A DNA stretch of 64,000 nucleotides, from assembly GCF_016903815.1 (NCBI RefSeq), contig NZ_CP069973.1; one strand, written 5' to 3'. The position numbers were made by a program, and so were the translations under genes. The notes below the pieces were generated by a model. It was not told the origin of the DNA. It saw only the letters and a program-made list of their open reading frames with translations, and searched no databases. This DNA is from Escherichia coli. Lineage in GTDB: Bacteria > Pseudomonadota > Gammaproteobacteria > Enterobacterales > Enterobacteriaceae. Shown in pieces: positions 11,227 to 21,488 of this stretch; within the stretch, counting starts at the first letter, position 1, and each line of letters begins with the position of its first letter.

Positions 11227-11478
11227 ATGGAATTTCATGAAAGTGCGATTTGTGATTTTCGCGCTAACGCAAATTCAGTAAAACCACAGCCAATTGCAGT
11301 TCTTTTTAAAACAATGGGAGCGTGGGCTGTTTTATGCTTCGCCGCTGATGACACTGACGCAAGAATGGCAATAGGCCAAGAGATGGAGATGGATCCGACA
11401 AACGATGAATTCATAATTTATGGCGCTCCATCTAATTACTTACTTGATACCTGCAACATTTACAACAAGGCTGCCTGA
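11227..11478 (+). CDS. Hypothetical early-left protein
   Basis: 83-aa ORF directly after N with an SD-ATG context. Confidence 0.4.
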   Translation: MEFHESAICDFRANANSVKPQPIAVLFKTMGAWAVLCFAADDTDARMAIGQEMEMDPTNDEFIIYGAPSNYLLDTCNIYNKAA

Positions 11479-11537
11479 TGGTGGTCTTTATTTTTTAGCC
11501 GTAAATAATTTCATGCTTATTACAATCAAGGTGATAT

Positions 11538-11903
11538 ATGGAAGAACAAGCAAACAAGATTCTCGTAGAACTACTGCAAAAAGCCAGCAATGGAATAGAC
11601 GCGGCTGTTTCATTTAGCCAGGCACAGATTCCTGATGTCATCCATCAGCTTTTGATGTGGCACGCCGTATCATCAGCTGGAATTCAGGCTATCTGTGTAT
11701 TGGTGATTATAGCGTGTGTTTATCTGATGATTTTTGCATGGAATAAAGGAGATGATGCAGATATTGTTCTTTCATCACTACTTGTCACATCAGGAATAGC
11801 GATTATTTCTATTGTTGTTTTCTTCAATTATTTCGACTGGCTGAAAATTTGGCTTGCTCCAAAACTTTACCTTATCGAATATGCAGCATCATTGGTTAAG
11901 TAA
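11538..11903 (+). CDS. Small membrane protein (two predicted TM segments) in the sieB/ral slot
   Basis: 121 aa with two hydrophobic stretches (AICVLVIIACVYLMIFAW and VTSGIAIISIVVFFNYF). Confidence 0.5.
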   Translation: MEEQANKILVELLQKASNGIDAAVSFSQAQIPDVIHQLLMWHAVSSAGIQAICVLVIIACVYLMIFAWNKGDDADIVLSSLLVTSGIAIISIVVFFNYFDWLKIWLAPKLYLIEYAASLVK

Positions 11904-12092
11904 TTTCAGGACGCATAGCCGGCCTTTATTTTTGGCACAAACAACAGAATAAACACTGCACTGTGTATTCATTCCAACGAGTGGATACACGGAGCAATGT
12001 CGCTCGTAACTAAACAGGAGCCGACTTGTTCTGATTATTGGAAATCTTCTTTGCCCTCCAATGTGAGGGCAGTTTTTTTGACGGAGTAAACG

Positions 12093-12341
12093 ATGATAAA
12101 AACTGATTACCCTGCAGAGCTTAAACAAAAAGTAATAACAGCAATTAAATGCTCTTTTATCTCATGTCGTACAGATGAAGAACGATATGTCGTTGAGTGT
12201 GCAATTGTCGAGTTTCTCACAGCGATGGAATTTACCGCTGCAGAATCAATAGATGTATTAAAGCAATCAGACGGAAATGATATTGAAACGGATGATGTTA
12301 TTGACCGACTAATAAAATCATTCGAAGAAGAAATAGAGTAG
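12093..12341 (+). CDS. Hypothetical acidic protein
   Basis: 82-aa ORF; no motif recognised. Confidence 0.4.
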   Translation: MIKTDYPAELKQKVITAIKCSFISCRTDEERYVVECAIVEFLTAMEFTAAESIDVLKQSDGNDIETDDVIDRLIKSFEEEIE

Positions 12342-12424
12342 CCGCCTGAGCGCGGCTTTACCGCATACCAATAATGCTTCACGAGAGGCATTTTAGTTAT
12401 GCAATCAAATATAAGGAGTTACCC

Positions 12425-12559
12425 ATGATGCACTTTCAGCTCGCGGGTAGCGGCGTCATGTCCGCTTTCTACCCGCACGAATCTGAATTATCACGCCGAG
12501 TTAAACAATTAATCAGAGCAGCAAAGAAACAAATGGAGGCGTTATGCGCAATGAAATAG
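12425..12559 (+). CDS. CIII-like protein (putative FtsH inhibitor)
   Basis: From the internal Met, MMHFQLAGSGVMSAFYPHESELSRRVKQLIRAAKK follows the pattern of recalled lambda CIII (AGWPVAGCPSESLLERITRKLR). Confidence 0.5.
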   Translation: MMHFQLAGSGVMSAFYPHESELSRRVKQLIRAAKKQMEALCAMK

Positions 12560-12777
12560 CCATCAATCACCAGATGCTTCGTGCTGCACAGAACAAAGCA
12601 GTAATAGCCAGATTTATTGGTGATTCCAAAATGTGGCTTGAAGCAAATAAAGCGATGAAATCAGCTATCAACCTTCCGTGGTATCGCAGGAAATGAGTTT
12701 TACAGATAACTGGTCAGACGAAGAATTCATTCGTCAGATGAACAAAATGCTCAATCAGCACAAAGAACAGGAGAAAG

Positions 12778-13089
12778 ATGATGATTCTGACTCTGAATGA
12801 TAAGCGTGAAATATCGCAAATAATCGCAAGTTTTACTGATGAAGATTACGAACGAATCAACAGTGAAGTTGATCGCCTCTGCAAACGTTGCGACCCAATA
12901 AGCGAAATGCTTCGCTCATATAAACCAGATGAACACACTAAGGACGCTATCGACTGGCTGGAAGATGATGACTGTAACTATCAGGAAAAAGCCGCTGAAT
13001 GGTTCTGGGATGCAATAACCGAAAGAGTTAAGGCTGAATATGCCTTCGCAATATTCAAACGCAGACATATTTATGGAGAAGCTGCATGA
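12778..13089 (+). CDS. Hypothetical protein
   Basis: 103-aa ORF; stop overlaps the recT-like start. Confidence 0.4.
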   Translation: MMILTLNDKREISQIIASFTDEDYERINSEVDRLCKRCDPISEMLRSYKPDEHTKDAIDWLEDDDCNYQEKAAEWFWDAITERVKAEYAFAIFKRRHIYGEAA

Positions 13090-13997
13090 GCAATATCGTT
13101 GAATTCGTTAAACAGCAAGAGCAGTTATTCTGCGGAGCATTGACTGAACAGACGGTGACATGGGCTAAGGAAAGCCAGTTTGCAATTCAGTATTTCCAGA
13201 AAAATGATTACCTGGCTAAAACGGCACTGGCAAATCCAACCAGCGCACAGAACGCCATCATCAATGTTGCGGCGATCGGCATCACCTTAAACCCGGCCAG
13301 CAAACTGGCTTATCTGGTTCCTCGCGACGGCATGGTGTGCCTTGATATCAGTTATATGGGATTGCTCCATATTGCAATGGAGTCTGGTGTTATCTCATGG
13401 GGTCAGGCAAAACTTGTTCATGCTAACGATACCTATGAGTCAAACGGGCTTGATAAAGCACCAACCCATAAATACAACGCCTTCGGTGATCGTGGTGATA
13501 TCGTTGGCGTTTACTGCACAGTTAAGACGCCAGCAGGTGATTATCTAACGGAAGAGATGAGTCTGGCTGAAATTGAGGCTGTAAGGAAAACAAGCAAGGC
13601 GGCATTCAGCGATAAAGGACCATGGGTAAATCACTGGAATGAGATGGCGCGAAAGACGGTCGTAAAGCGTGCAAGCAAGTTTTGGCCTAAGGCATCACGT
13701 CTTGATAGTGCTATTCACGTACTAAACGAAGAAGAAGGTGTGTGGACTGAACCAGTTATGCCGCACAAATCAGAGGAAGATATCCGCGAAGATGAACGGA
13801 AACGCCAGCAGGAAATAACGGATAAAGCACAACTTCTTTGTGATGAAATGGCTCAGGCTGAAAACATGGATGATTTGAAGCGATATTTTGCAGAAGCATA
13901 TCGCCTGACATCTGGAATGAAATTGCAGCAGAACGTACAAGCCATTTACGCAGAATGCAAAGCGAAACTGGAGGTTGCCAGTGAGCAAACTATATGA
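13086..13997 (+). CDS. RecT-family single-strand annealing recombinase
   Basis: GPWVNHWNEMARKTVVKRASKFWP resembles the recalled RecT motif GPWVTHWEEMAKKTAIRR. Confidence 0.7.
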   Translation: MSNIVEFVKQQEQLFCGALTEQTVTWAKESQFAIQYFQKNDYLAKTALANPTSAQNAIINVAAIGITLNPASKLAYLVPRDGMVCLDISYMGLLHIAMESGVISWGQAKLVHANDTYESNGLDKAPTHKYNAFGDRGDIVGVYCTVKTPAGDYLTEEMSLAEIEAVRKTSKAAFSDKGPWVNHWNEMARKTVVKRASKFWPKASRLDSAIHVLNEEEGVWTEPVMPHKSEEDIREDERKRQQEITDKAQLLCDEMAQAENMDDLKRYFAEAYRLTSGMKLQQNVQAIYAECKAKLEVASEQTI

Positions 13998-14463
13998 AAT
14001 TGCCAATGAATACGCAAAATTGATGGATTCAGATTTAGAACCAGAGATGATTGCTGACACAATAGAAGGCATGGAAGGAGAATTTACCGATAAAATAGAG
14101 CAACTTCTTGCCATTATTAAAAATGAATCTGGTTATGCTGAACGCCTCAAGGAAGAGGCAAAGTCACTGAATGAGCGAGCCGCAGTAATTCAAAATAAGA
14201 TTGAGAGCATCAAATCATATATAGCGTCATCGCTTGAAATGGTTGGCAAGAAAAAGATTCGAGCAGGTATTCACCAGGTAACAATCCGCAAACCGTCAGA
14301 AACTGTAGAAATCATCGACTCAAGCGCCCTTCCTCCTGAATACGTTGAGTTTGAAACGACAATTAAAGCCGACAAACTGGCAATCAAACACCAACTAAAA
14401 GCAGGAATAAATATCCCCGGCGCTCAACTCAAAGTTGGGAAACCTTCACTTCTTATCAAATAA
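13975..14463 (+). CDS. Hypothetical protein coupled to the recombinase
   Basis: 162-aa helical ORF overlapping the recT-like stop. Confidence 0.4.
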   Translation: MPVSKLYEIANEYAKLMDSDLEPEMIADTIEGMEGEFTDKIEQLLAIIKNESGYAERLKEEAKSLNERAAVIQNKIESIKSYIASSLEMVGKKKIRAGIHQVTIRKPSETVEIIDSSALPPEYVEFETTIKADKLAIKHQLKAGINIPGAQLKVGKPSLLIK

Positions 14464-14474
14464 CGGTATCGACT

Positions 14475-14789
14475 ATGAAAAAGACTCCATGGGAGAAATG
14501 GGAAGTCGATTTCTTGCGCGAGGTAGCGGCGACAATGCCAGTTGAAGTTATCGCTGAAAAACTGGAAAGGACTGAAAAAGCAGTAATGGCGAAAGCAACA
14601 AGGATTGGCGCTGACATTGTTAGCCGACTTCGTGGAAGACGATGGACAAGAGCCGAAGTATCACTTTTCGGTAAGTTCTCCGCAGAAGAAATAGCAATTG
14701 CAACCTGCCGCTCAATTTATTCAGTAAGAGCTATGCGATACAAGCTAAAAAAACTCGATGAAGAAAGAGCAGGCATACGAATAAATTAA
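14475..14789 (+). CDS. Hypothetical protein
   Basis: 104-aa ORF. Confidence 0.4.
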   Translation: MKKTPWEKWEVDFLREVAATMPVEVIAEKLERTEKAVMAKATRIGADIVSRLRGRRWTRAEVSLFGKFSAEEIAIATCRSIYSVRAMRYKLKKLDEERAGIRIN

Positions 14790-14805
14790 CATGGAGTAAT
14801 TAACA

Positions 14806-15087
14806 ATGAAGCTAAACATCGACCTTGGAAAATACGTTATTACCGGAACCAAACACGACCTGATTCTTAGTGAAAGAGGAATTATCAAAGAAGGCGAGAA
14901 TGCAGGGAAAGAAACACTAAGTCGTATCGGTTATTACAGCAAGTTTGAGCATCTGGTTAAAGAGTTATGCAACCGTGAAATCCTGTTATCTCAGGCGCAG
15001 ACACTACAGGATATTCAGCAGCATATCGAGACTTTAGGTGTATCACTTAGCACGGCTGTTGACCAGTTCGCGGAGAGTAAATCATGA
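14806..15087 (+). CDS. Hypothetical protein
   Basis: 93-aa ORF. Confidence 0.4.
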   Translation: MKLNIDLGKYVITGTKHDLILSERGIIKEGENAGKETLSRIGYYSKFEHLVKELCNREILLSQAQTLQDIQQHIETLGVSLSTAVDQFAESKS

Positions 15088-15488
15088 GAGGACTTGCATA
15101 CAATCCCGGCATTCTTCCGGCAGAAATGATTATTCGCCAACGCGTAAAGCCAATGCCATCGAGAGAGGAATTGCTTAAGAGAAATTCTTTTCCATCAGTG
15201 AATCAAAACAAATATCTGAATTCGATGTGGCGCAAAGGAGGCAAGCAGTGAGTAATTCCGCACGACTACAGCTTGGTTTTTCACCGCTATCAAAAACTAT
15301 CATGCTGGCAAAAATGCGCGATGTTGAAGGTGGACGTATGCGCGTTGGCAATGATCCAGGTCGTGATGTTACCAATGAGGCTGCTCAATTGGTGTGGCGA
15401 CTGGTCATGGCTGAAGGTGGTGAGATCGCGTGGGAACTTGATGATGGTTCTCGCATGGTGTTGAAGGCAGAGAAGCAGGAGACAACCA

Positions 15489-16181
15489 GTGAGCAAGATT
15501 GACTATCAGGCACTGCGTGATGTGGCAGTGAAAGCCGGTAAAGATAAGTGGCAAGCTAAAAAAATAAACGGTGATTTTTTCGTTATTCGTCACGGTAGTT
15601 ATACAAGACAGCATGGCTACACATTGTATCAACCCATTGCGGAGATTGATTGTAAGTCAGTCCGGGATTTTGTTGCCAAGGCTAATCCGGCTACCGTGCT
15701 TGCGCTTCTTGATGAACTGGAAGCTCAAAGCAAACGCATTGCAGAGCTGGAGAAAAAAGCTGCACCAGATTCGTTTGGCATCATCGGTGAAAATATTCGA
15801 ACACAGGATAATCGAATAACGTCAGACCCTATGTTTTGTGTGTATCAAAAGCGCGAAATCGTTGTTGATGCTGATTATGACTATGACCGGATTGTCTGGG
15901 TTGATGAAGATGGTAATGAAGCCAATAAACGCCAAAGTCGTCGTCTCGAACTACTTCACGAAAACTTTCGAGAGCCACAAGAAAAATGGCGGCGCGTTGC
16001 TGTGAAAGATATTGATGAATTCGTTACCTGCTGTTTCACCGAACAGGGTTGTAAAGACTACCTGGCAGCCAATGGTCACAATCTTCGCTTGCCATTTATA
16101 TATGTAAAAAGCGGTTTCAGGAACGCTGAATATATCGGCATAAGAAACTGGCTTGCTGGCATTCGCATCAAAGGAGAGTGA
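15489..16181 (+). CDS. Ead/Ea22-like protein
   Basis: 230 aa; composition and position resemble the lambdoid ea22 family; assigned from memory. Confidence 0.45.
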   Translation: MSKIDYQALRDVAVKAGKDKWQAKKINGDFFVIRHGSYTRQHGYTLYQPIAEIDCKSVRDFVAKANPATVLALLDELEAQSKRIAELEKKAAPDSFGIIGENIRTQDNRITSDPMFCVYQKREIVVDADYDYDRIVWVDEDGNEANKRQSRRLELLHENFREPQEKWRRVAVKDIDEFVTCCFTEQGCKDYLAANGHNLRLPFIYVKSGFRNAEYIGIRNWLAGIRIKGE

Positions 16182-16392
16182 TATGGCTATCGCTGCAAGT
16201 TACACCATGCATCTCTATTGTGATTGCCTCCAGTGTACAGATGGCAAATATAAGTCGCCAGACTTCGGTGAGTATATAGGTACGTCATGGGCTGGCTGTG
16301 CAAAAGAGGCGCGCAAGGATGGCTGGCGAATAAGCAAAGACAAAACGCGTGCTTTTGCGCCCGGGCATAAAGTTTTGAGGATTAACAAATGA
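16153..16392 (+). CDS. Hypothetical Cys-rich protein
   Basis: 79-aa ORF overlapping both neighbours. Confidence 0.35.
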   Translation: MLAFASKESDMAIAASYTMHLYCDCLQCTDGKYKSPDFGEYIGTSWAGCAKEARKDGWRISKDKTRAFAPGHKVLRINK

Positions 16393-17180
16393 CCACTTTA
16401 ACCGACAAAGAACTGATTAAAGAAATCAAAGAGCGCATAGGCAGCTTGGACGTTCGAGACAATATTGAGCGCCGTGCTTATGAAATTGCACTGGCATCGC
16501 TGGAAGCAGAGCCGATAGGTTTCCGTTGCAGGCGCAATGATAACCTTGGTGACTGGAGTTACGTATATCATCGAGAGCCAGATGATTTTGAGCGCAAACA
16601 TTTAGTGATAGAGGGCATTTACGCCTCCCCTCCAGCGCCAGTAGTACCGGAAGAAAAACCAATGCCTAATCCTCTTAGCATGTACGCGGTTGATGCTGTT
16701 GCCGCTATTGCAGAGGTGAGAGGCTGGAACGCCTGCCGCGCTGCCATGCTTCATAGTGCCGAACCTGCAAGTAATCATGAAGAGTTGCCGCTTGATTATC
16801 TCCAAGGTCAAAAAGATGGTCTTGAATGGGCTGCGCAGCTTGCAGAAGCAAATCACCCACAAACTGGCGACTGGCTTTACGATGACCCGCTGGAGCTGGC
16901 TAAAGCTATCAGAAAAGGTCCTGACATGCCCGAATTCGATGGACCAACTCCGGTGACTCCGGATAGTTGGATAAGCTGTAGTGATCGAATGCCGGAAGAC
17001 ACCAAAATGTTACTGGCATTTAGTCAAGGTCAAATAGTGGCAGCATATTGGAACTGGGTAGTGAGTCCAATTGATTACAAAAAATACAGAGCTTTCACAT
17101 ATTTATCAGGCAATATCTTGGATGACGTAACCCACTGGATGCCACTACCGGAACCGCCGCAGGAGGCTGACAATGGCTAA
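16389..17180 (+). CDS. DUF551-like phage protein
   Basis: C-terminal ...THWMPLPEPP is characteristic of DUF551 proteins. Confidence 0.5.
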   Translation: MTTLTDKELIKEIKERIGSLDVRDNIERRAYEIALASLEAEPIGFRCRRNDNLGDWSYVYHREPDDFERKHLVIEGIYASPPAPVVPEEKPMPNPLSMYAVDAVAAIAEVRGWNACRAAMLHSAEPASNHEELPLDYLQGQKDGLEWAAQLAEANHPQTGDWLYDDPLELAKAIRKGPDMPEFDGPTPVTPDSWISCSDRMPEDTKMLLAFSQGQIVAAYWNWVVSPIDYKKYRAFTYLSGNILDDVTHWMPLPEPPQEADNG

Positions 17181-17457
17181 TCTGCAACTGGCAGTGAACG
17201 GCGAATACTTCGACCAGATGAAGCGGGGCGAGAAAACGGAAGAGTATCGCCTGTGTAATGACTACTGGAATAAGCGAATTATGTTCCGGGAGTATGACCG
17301 CCTGATTATCACAAAGGGATATCCGAAGCGCGACGATTCCAGTCGCAGAATTGATGTTCCGTATGGTGGATATGAAATCAAGACAATCATACATCCACAC
17401 TTCGGTGATAAACCGGTAAAGGTGTTCGCGATAAAGGTGAATATCGGCAATGAATAA
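17173..17457 (+). CDS. Hypothetical protein
   Basis: 94-aa ORF, translationally coupled. Confidence 0.4.
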   Translation: MANLQLAVNGEYFDQMKRGEKTEEYRLCNDYWNKRIMFREYDRLIITKGYPKRDDSSRRIDVPYGGYEIKTIIHPHFGDKPVKVFAIKVNIGNE

Positions 17458-17529
17458 CATCCTCGCACTCGCGGGGATTTCTTTTATCTGAACTCGCTAC
17501 GGCGGGTTTTGTTTTATGGAGATGATAAA

Positions 17530-17697
17530 TGCACTTCCGAGTCACTGGTGAATGGAATGGAGAGCCATTCGACAGGGTTATAGAAGCAGAGGACATCAAC
17601 GACTGCTATAACCACTGGATGATATGGGCGCAGATAGCGCATGCAGACGTAACCAATATTCGAATTGAAGAACTGAAAGAACACCAAGACGCCTGAT
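17530..17697 (+). CDS. Small prophage ORF (55 aa), not on the ORF track
   Basis: My own translation MHFRVTGEWNGEPFDRVIEAEDINDCYNHWMIWAQIAHADVTNIRIEELKEHQDA. Confidence 0.35.
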
Positions 17698-17753
17698 GGC
17701 GGTTTTTTATTGCCTGATTTGCAGGTTCGATTCCCTATTCGGAGATAGCACTC

Positions 17754-17954
17754 ATGCAACACGAACTACAGCCTGATTCACTGGTTGATTTGAAATTCAT
17801 CATGGCCGATACTGGCTTTGGTAAAACCTTCATCTATGACCGGATTAAGTCCGGCGACCTTCCTAAAGCCAAAGTTATCCACGGACGAGCAAGATGGTTA
17901 TATCGTGACCATTGTGAATTTAAAAATAAGCTCTTAAGCCGCGCCAATGGGTAA
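17754..17954 (+). CDS. torI: Excisionase / recombination directionality factor, TorI type
   Basis: 66-aa excisionase-family HTH protein immediately inside attR; I recall it as matching K-12 TorI. Confidence 0.7.
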   Translation: MQHELQPDSLVDLKFIMADTGFGKTFIYDRIKSGDLPKAKVIHGRARWLYRDHCEFKNKLLSRANG

Positions 17955-18027
17955 AATAGCGGGTAAAATATTTCTCACATCTAAAAAACACCATTCCAAT
18001 CAATCCCCTGCCGCTTCAAGTAGATGT

Positions 18028-18042
18028 CTGCAGGGGACACCA
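18028..18042 (+). repeat. attR-like direct repeat: 15 bp identical to the 3-prime end of tRNA-Arg (argW), CTGCAGGGGACACCA
   Basis: Exact 15-mer also present at 28336-28350; lies between torI and the next integrase. Confidence 0.7.
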
Positions 18043-18206
18043 TCCCGCTGTACACCAACGTCTACCATTGTCTATAAATCCCATGTAAACATATAAAAAT
18101 AAAGAGATTTTATTCTCATGACGTCCATTTCCGTCTATTGAAATCAAGTAAATCTATGGGGCATAATTAGGGGCATTGCTGGTTCGATTGTATATGTGCC
18201 CCCAAC

Positions 18207-19493
18207 ATGTCCAGAAATACCCTCAACAAATTAACAGACCGTCAGTGCAAAGCAGCTAAGCCACGAGACAAAACTTATAAATTGTCTGATGGTGGTGGTC
18301 TTTATCTTGAAGTATCCCAGACCGGGTCGAAGTATTGGCGAATGAAGTATCGCCGCCCATCAGATAAGAAAGAAGACAGACTTGCTTTTGGTGTATATCC
18401 AACCATTAGCTTACAAGACGCCAGAGAAAAACGAGACAACGCCAAAAAGTTGTTAGTCAAGGGGATAGATCCCAAAGCAGAGCAAAGAGCAGCAAAAGCA
18501 GAAGAAAAAGGCGCATTCACTTTTGAGACAATAGGACGTCAATGGGTTGAAAGCCACCAGATGTGGAACGAAGACCACCGAAAACGCGTACTTAGAAGCC
18601 TTGAAATGTATATTTTCCCTCACATTGGCACTTCGGATATTCGCAAACTGGAGGCGATGACAATTTTACCTTTGTTTAAGAAGGTAGATGACGCCGGGAA
18701 ACACGATACAGCCAACCGACTTAAACAACGAGTTAAGGACATCATACATAGCGCCCGTCTGAGCGGCATTAAGACAGAAATCATCACGAATGATCTCGAT
18801 GTCCGGTTAATGCAATATGAAACTAAGCATCATGCCGCACTACATCCCAGAGATTTACCAGACTTTTTCACTCGATTGGGCAGCTTTAAAGGTAATCCTC
18901 TTACCCGCCTTGCCATTGAGCTAACCATGTTGACATTTGTTCGTTCAAGCGAGTTAAGGTTTGCCCGTTGGAAAGAGTTTGACCTTGATCGGGCTGAGTG
19001 GATTATCCCTAAAAAAAGAGAGCCTATCGATGGTGTGAGGTTTTCCACCCGTGGCACAAAAACGGGAAAAGACGAACATATCGTGCTTCTTAGCCGTCAG
19101 GCTGTTTCTATTGTAAAGCAGTTGAGAGAACTAAGCGGAAGCTACGATGTTGTGTTTCCGAATGAAAGAAACACCAAAGGCGTGATGAGTGAAAACACGG
19201 TAAACAAGGCATTACGCTTAATGGGCTATAACACGCAAGAGGACGTAACTGGACATGGATTCCGTGCCACAGCCTGTAGTTCCCTGATGGAGTCCGGTTT
19301 GTGGCAGGAGGACGCAGTAGAGCGCCAGATGAGCCACAAAGAATATAAAGACGTTAAAAGAGCCTACAAGCACAAGGCTGATTACTTAGAAGAGCGCAAA
19401 CTAATGCTTCAATGGTGGGCAGATTATCTGGACGCCAATCGAGAAATACATATAAGCCCTTACGAGTTCGGAAGGAGAACACGCCGTGACTAA
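18207..19493 (+). CDS. Tyrosine integrase, P4 family
   Basis: 428 aa; P4-type N-terminus (KLTDRQCKAAKPRDKTYKLSDGGGLYLEV) and C-terminal LMLQWWADYLD motif. Confidence 0.9.
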   Translation: MSRNTLNKLTDRQCKAAKPRDKTYKLSDGGGLYLEVSQTGSKYWRMKYRRPSDKKEDRLAFGVYPTISLQDAREKRDNAKKLLVKGIDPKAEQRAAKAEEKGAFTFETIGRQWVESHQMWNEDHRKRVLRSLEMYIFPHIGTSDIRKLEAMTILPLFKKVDDAGKHDTANRLKQRVKDIIHSARLSGIKTEIITNDLDVRLMQYETKHHAALHPRDLPDFFTRLGSFKGNPLTRLAIELTMLTFVRSSELRFARWKEFDLDRAEWIIPKKREPIDGVRFSTRGTKTGKDEHIVLLSRQAVSIVKQLRELSGSYDVVFPNERNTKGVMSENTVNKALRLMGYNTQEDVTGHGFRATACSSLMESGLWQEDAVERQMSHKEYKDVKRAYKHKADYLEERKLMLQWWADYLDANREIHISPYEFGRRTRRD

Positions 19494-20241
19494 GATGACA
19501 GGACTAGATGCGTTTTATAACGAGTCAGAAGATAAAATCTGGTTTGGTAATCTGATCAGCGAACTGGCAAGACTAAACAATGAAAATGAAAGAATGATCG
19601 CTGCCGCTATCTTAAGTAACTACAGATTGAGCAAAGCTAAACCAGATACTTTAGGGGGGCTGGGCTTTTATCAGTTCGATTGGGTATCAGGTTTTACAAC
19701 TAATGACGACTTTGAAAAGCAGTGTGTGGAGTTTTTAGGTCTTCTGGCTATGGGGCATGAATACAGGGAGAGCCCGATACCGGGGGAAGAAGGGACTTTC
19801 AACGTTAGGAAAGGGGAAGACTTTTTATATCACGATGATGAGGATGATTGGTATGGGTCTTACGATTCGTTTTATTTCAAGCGCTCCGAGGTTGTGAACT
19901 TCTTCCCAGAACTGGATATGAATGTTCCAGATAACGAACCAGAAATTGGAGCACTGTCAAAAAAAGTAGAAAGAGAACAAAACTGGAGAGGAAAAGATAC
20001 GGCTTTAAAGATGATCGCCGGAATGGCGATTGCCTTATTTGAATCAAGCAAAGATTTCCATAGTGGAGGAAACCTTAGTATCAATAGGGTTAGTGCCCAA
20101 GTAATAGAAAACAACATAATATTCGGGAACGATGAAGACAGCGATACCCACCCAGATACATTTCGGAGATTGCTAACGAACGCTTTGGATAAGTACGCCC
20201 CCAAATTTAAGAAAAAAGCAACCAAAAAGCGTCCAAAATAA
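19486..20241 (+). CDS. Hypothetical acidic protein coupled to the integrase
   Basis: 251-aa ORF; start overlaps the int stop by 8 bp. Confidence 0.45.
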   Translation: MTKMTGLDAFYNESEDKIWFGNLISELARLNNENERMIAAAILSNYRLSKAKPDTLGGLGFYQFDWVSGFTTNDDFEKQCVEFLGLLAMGHEYRESPIPGEEGTFNVRKGEDFLYHDDEDDWYGSYDSFYFKRSEVVNFFPELDMNVPDNEPEIGALSKKVEREQNWRGKDTALKMIAGMAIALFESSKDFHSGGNLSINRVSAQVIENNIIFGNDEDSDTHPDTFRRLLTNALDKYAPKFKKKATKKRPK

Positions 20242-20397
20242 AGGAAGGATGTTCCCAAATTGTGCGTTAGAACTAAAAAATAACGCCCAATTTGGGGTAA
20301 TTCTATTCCCAAAAATTTTTTCTCCAAATTCACAGAAAACTTAAAAAAACAATGATTTACTATCTCACATAGTCAAGCAACGTATTACGAGGTAGAT

Positions 20398-20589
20398 ATG
20401 AAAAAGTCGCTGATTCGGCTATCTGAGGTTTTGAAACGCACTGGCTATAGCAAGGCGTGGGTATATGCTCTGATGAGCCGAGGACAATTCCCCCAATCAG
20501 TCAAGATTGGTGCTCGCGCAATAGCTTTTATTGAAAGCGAGATCGATGACTGGATCGATCAACGTATAGCCGAATCGCGTAGTAACTAA
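20398..20589 (+). CDS. alpA: AlpA-family transcriptional regulator / excisionase
   Basis: 63 aa; RLSEVLKRTGYSKAWVYALMSRGQFPQSVKIGARAIAFIESEIDDWI is the classic AlpA HTH. Confidence 0.8.
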   Translation: MKKSLIRLSEVLKRTGYSKAWVYALMSRGQFPQSVKIGARAIAFIESEIDDWIDQRIAESRSN

Positions 20590-20637
20590 AGAACAGAAAC
20601 AAACAGGATACAAACAATACGTTATTAGGTATTAAGA

Positions 20638-20829
20638 ATGCAGTTGAAACCTACCAATCAAAAGCTGAACGTAACCCATGTTGATTTTGAAACCTTCGCG
20701 GCACTGATTAGATCAGAGCCACAAAAGGTGAGCACCAGCACCTGGGTTTATGATGTGAAATCCACCAGCGGTGGAAAAGCTATCGGCATTGCCTCTGGCG
20801 ATGATTACTTAGTAATAGATCTGATTTAA
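20638..20829 (+). CDS. Hypothetical protein
   Basis: 63-aa ORF. Confidence 0.3.
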   Translation: MQLKPTNQKLNVTHVDFETFAALIRSEPQKVSTSTWVYDVKSTSGGKAIGIASGDDYLVIDLI

Positions 20830-20910
20830 TCGCACAAAAATTGTAGAGTAATTTGGGGAGACAGGAAGTCTCCTCCATATTACATTTTGGTACAACAGTA
20901 AGGGAATAAA

Positions 20911-21105
20911 ATGATTAATTACCTGACCGCTAAAGACGCAGCAGAATATCTTGGCGTCTGTCTGTCACGCTTCTATCAGTTAAAGCGATATATCCGAAGC
21001 TTTCCTCCCTATATAAATCAGACCATCAATGGACGCAAGCGCCGGGTGTGGCTTGCCTCCAGCCTTGATCAATTTGCCGACAGATTTCTGGGGGGACGAA
21101 AATGA
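20911..21105 (+). CDS. Hypothetical small protein, possible HTH
   Basis: 64-aa ORF with LTAKDAAEYLGVCLSRFYQL (HTH-like). Confidence 0.4.
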   Translation: MINYLTAKDAAEYLGVCLSRFYQLKRYIRSFPPYINQTINGRKRRVWLASSLDQFADRFLGGRK

Positions 21106-21488
21106 GCACTCTTACACGCTCTCAGGTCGCCGCGAATATACGCGATATCCTACTAAGTGGCAGGAAGCTTACCCCAAAAGAGTTTGACGACATATTAAGG
21201 AAAGCCGGAAATCACGAACGTAGTCGCGTTTTAACGCTGTTACGCAACGATTGGGGAATTCCTGTTGAGCAGTTTAAAACAGAGGCGTATCACGTCACAG
21301 AACGCAATTTAGAAGCATACCACAGCGATAAAGACGAAACATTGAAGATCTGGAGGACGAACGCCAGATATGTAAAGACATTGCGTAAGGTAAACATAAC
21401 GTTGTCGTTGTTGCGTGGGCTGGTGGGTAAAGTGCCTGAAGACACGCTTAGAACTGTTTACAAGGGTATTGAAACCAAATACCTGTGA
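21102..21488 (+). CDS. Hypothetical protein
   Basis: 128-aa ORF, 4-bp overlap with the upstream gene. Confidence 0.4.
   Translation: MSTLTRSQVAANIRDILLSGRKLTPKEFDDILRKAGNHERSRVLTLLRNDWGIPVEQFKTEAYHVTERNLEAYHSDKDETLKIWRTNARYVKTLRKVNITLSLLRGLVGKVPEDTLRTVYKGIETKYL

Noticed and set aside
13770-14114. 114-aa minus-strand ORF antisense to the RecT-like gene
   Set aside because: Lies within a co-oriented plus-strand operon and overlaps two supported genes.
18207-19493. Idea that this integrase belongs to the lambdoid prophage, making 1-28350 one element
   Set aside because: An argW repeat lies between the excisionase and this integrase, and KplE1-type prophages are reported to have integrase and excisionase at opposite ends. 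A tandem array fits better, though I cannot prove it without the upstream sequence.
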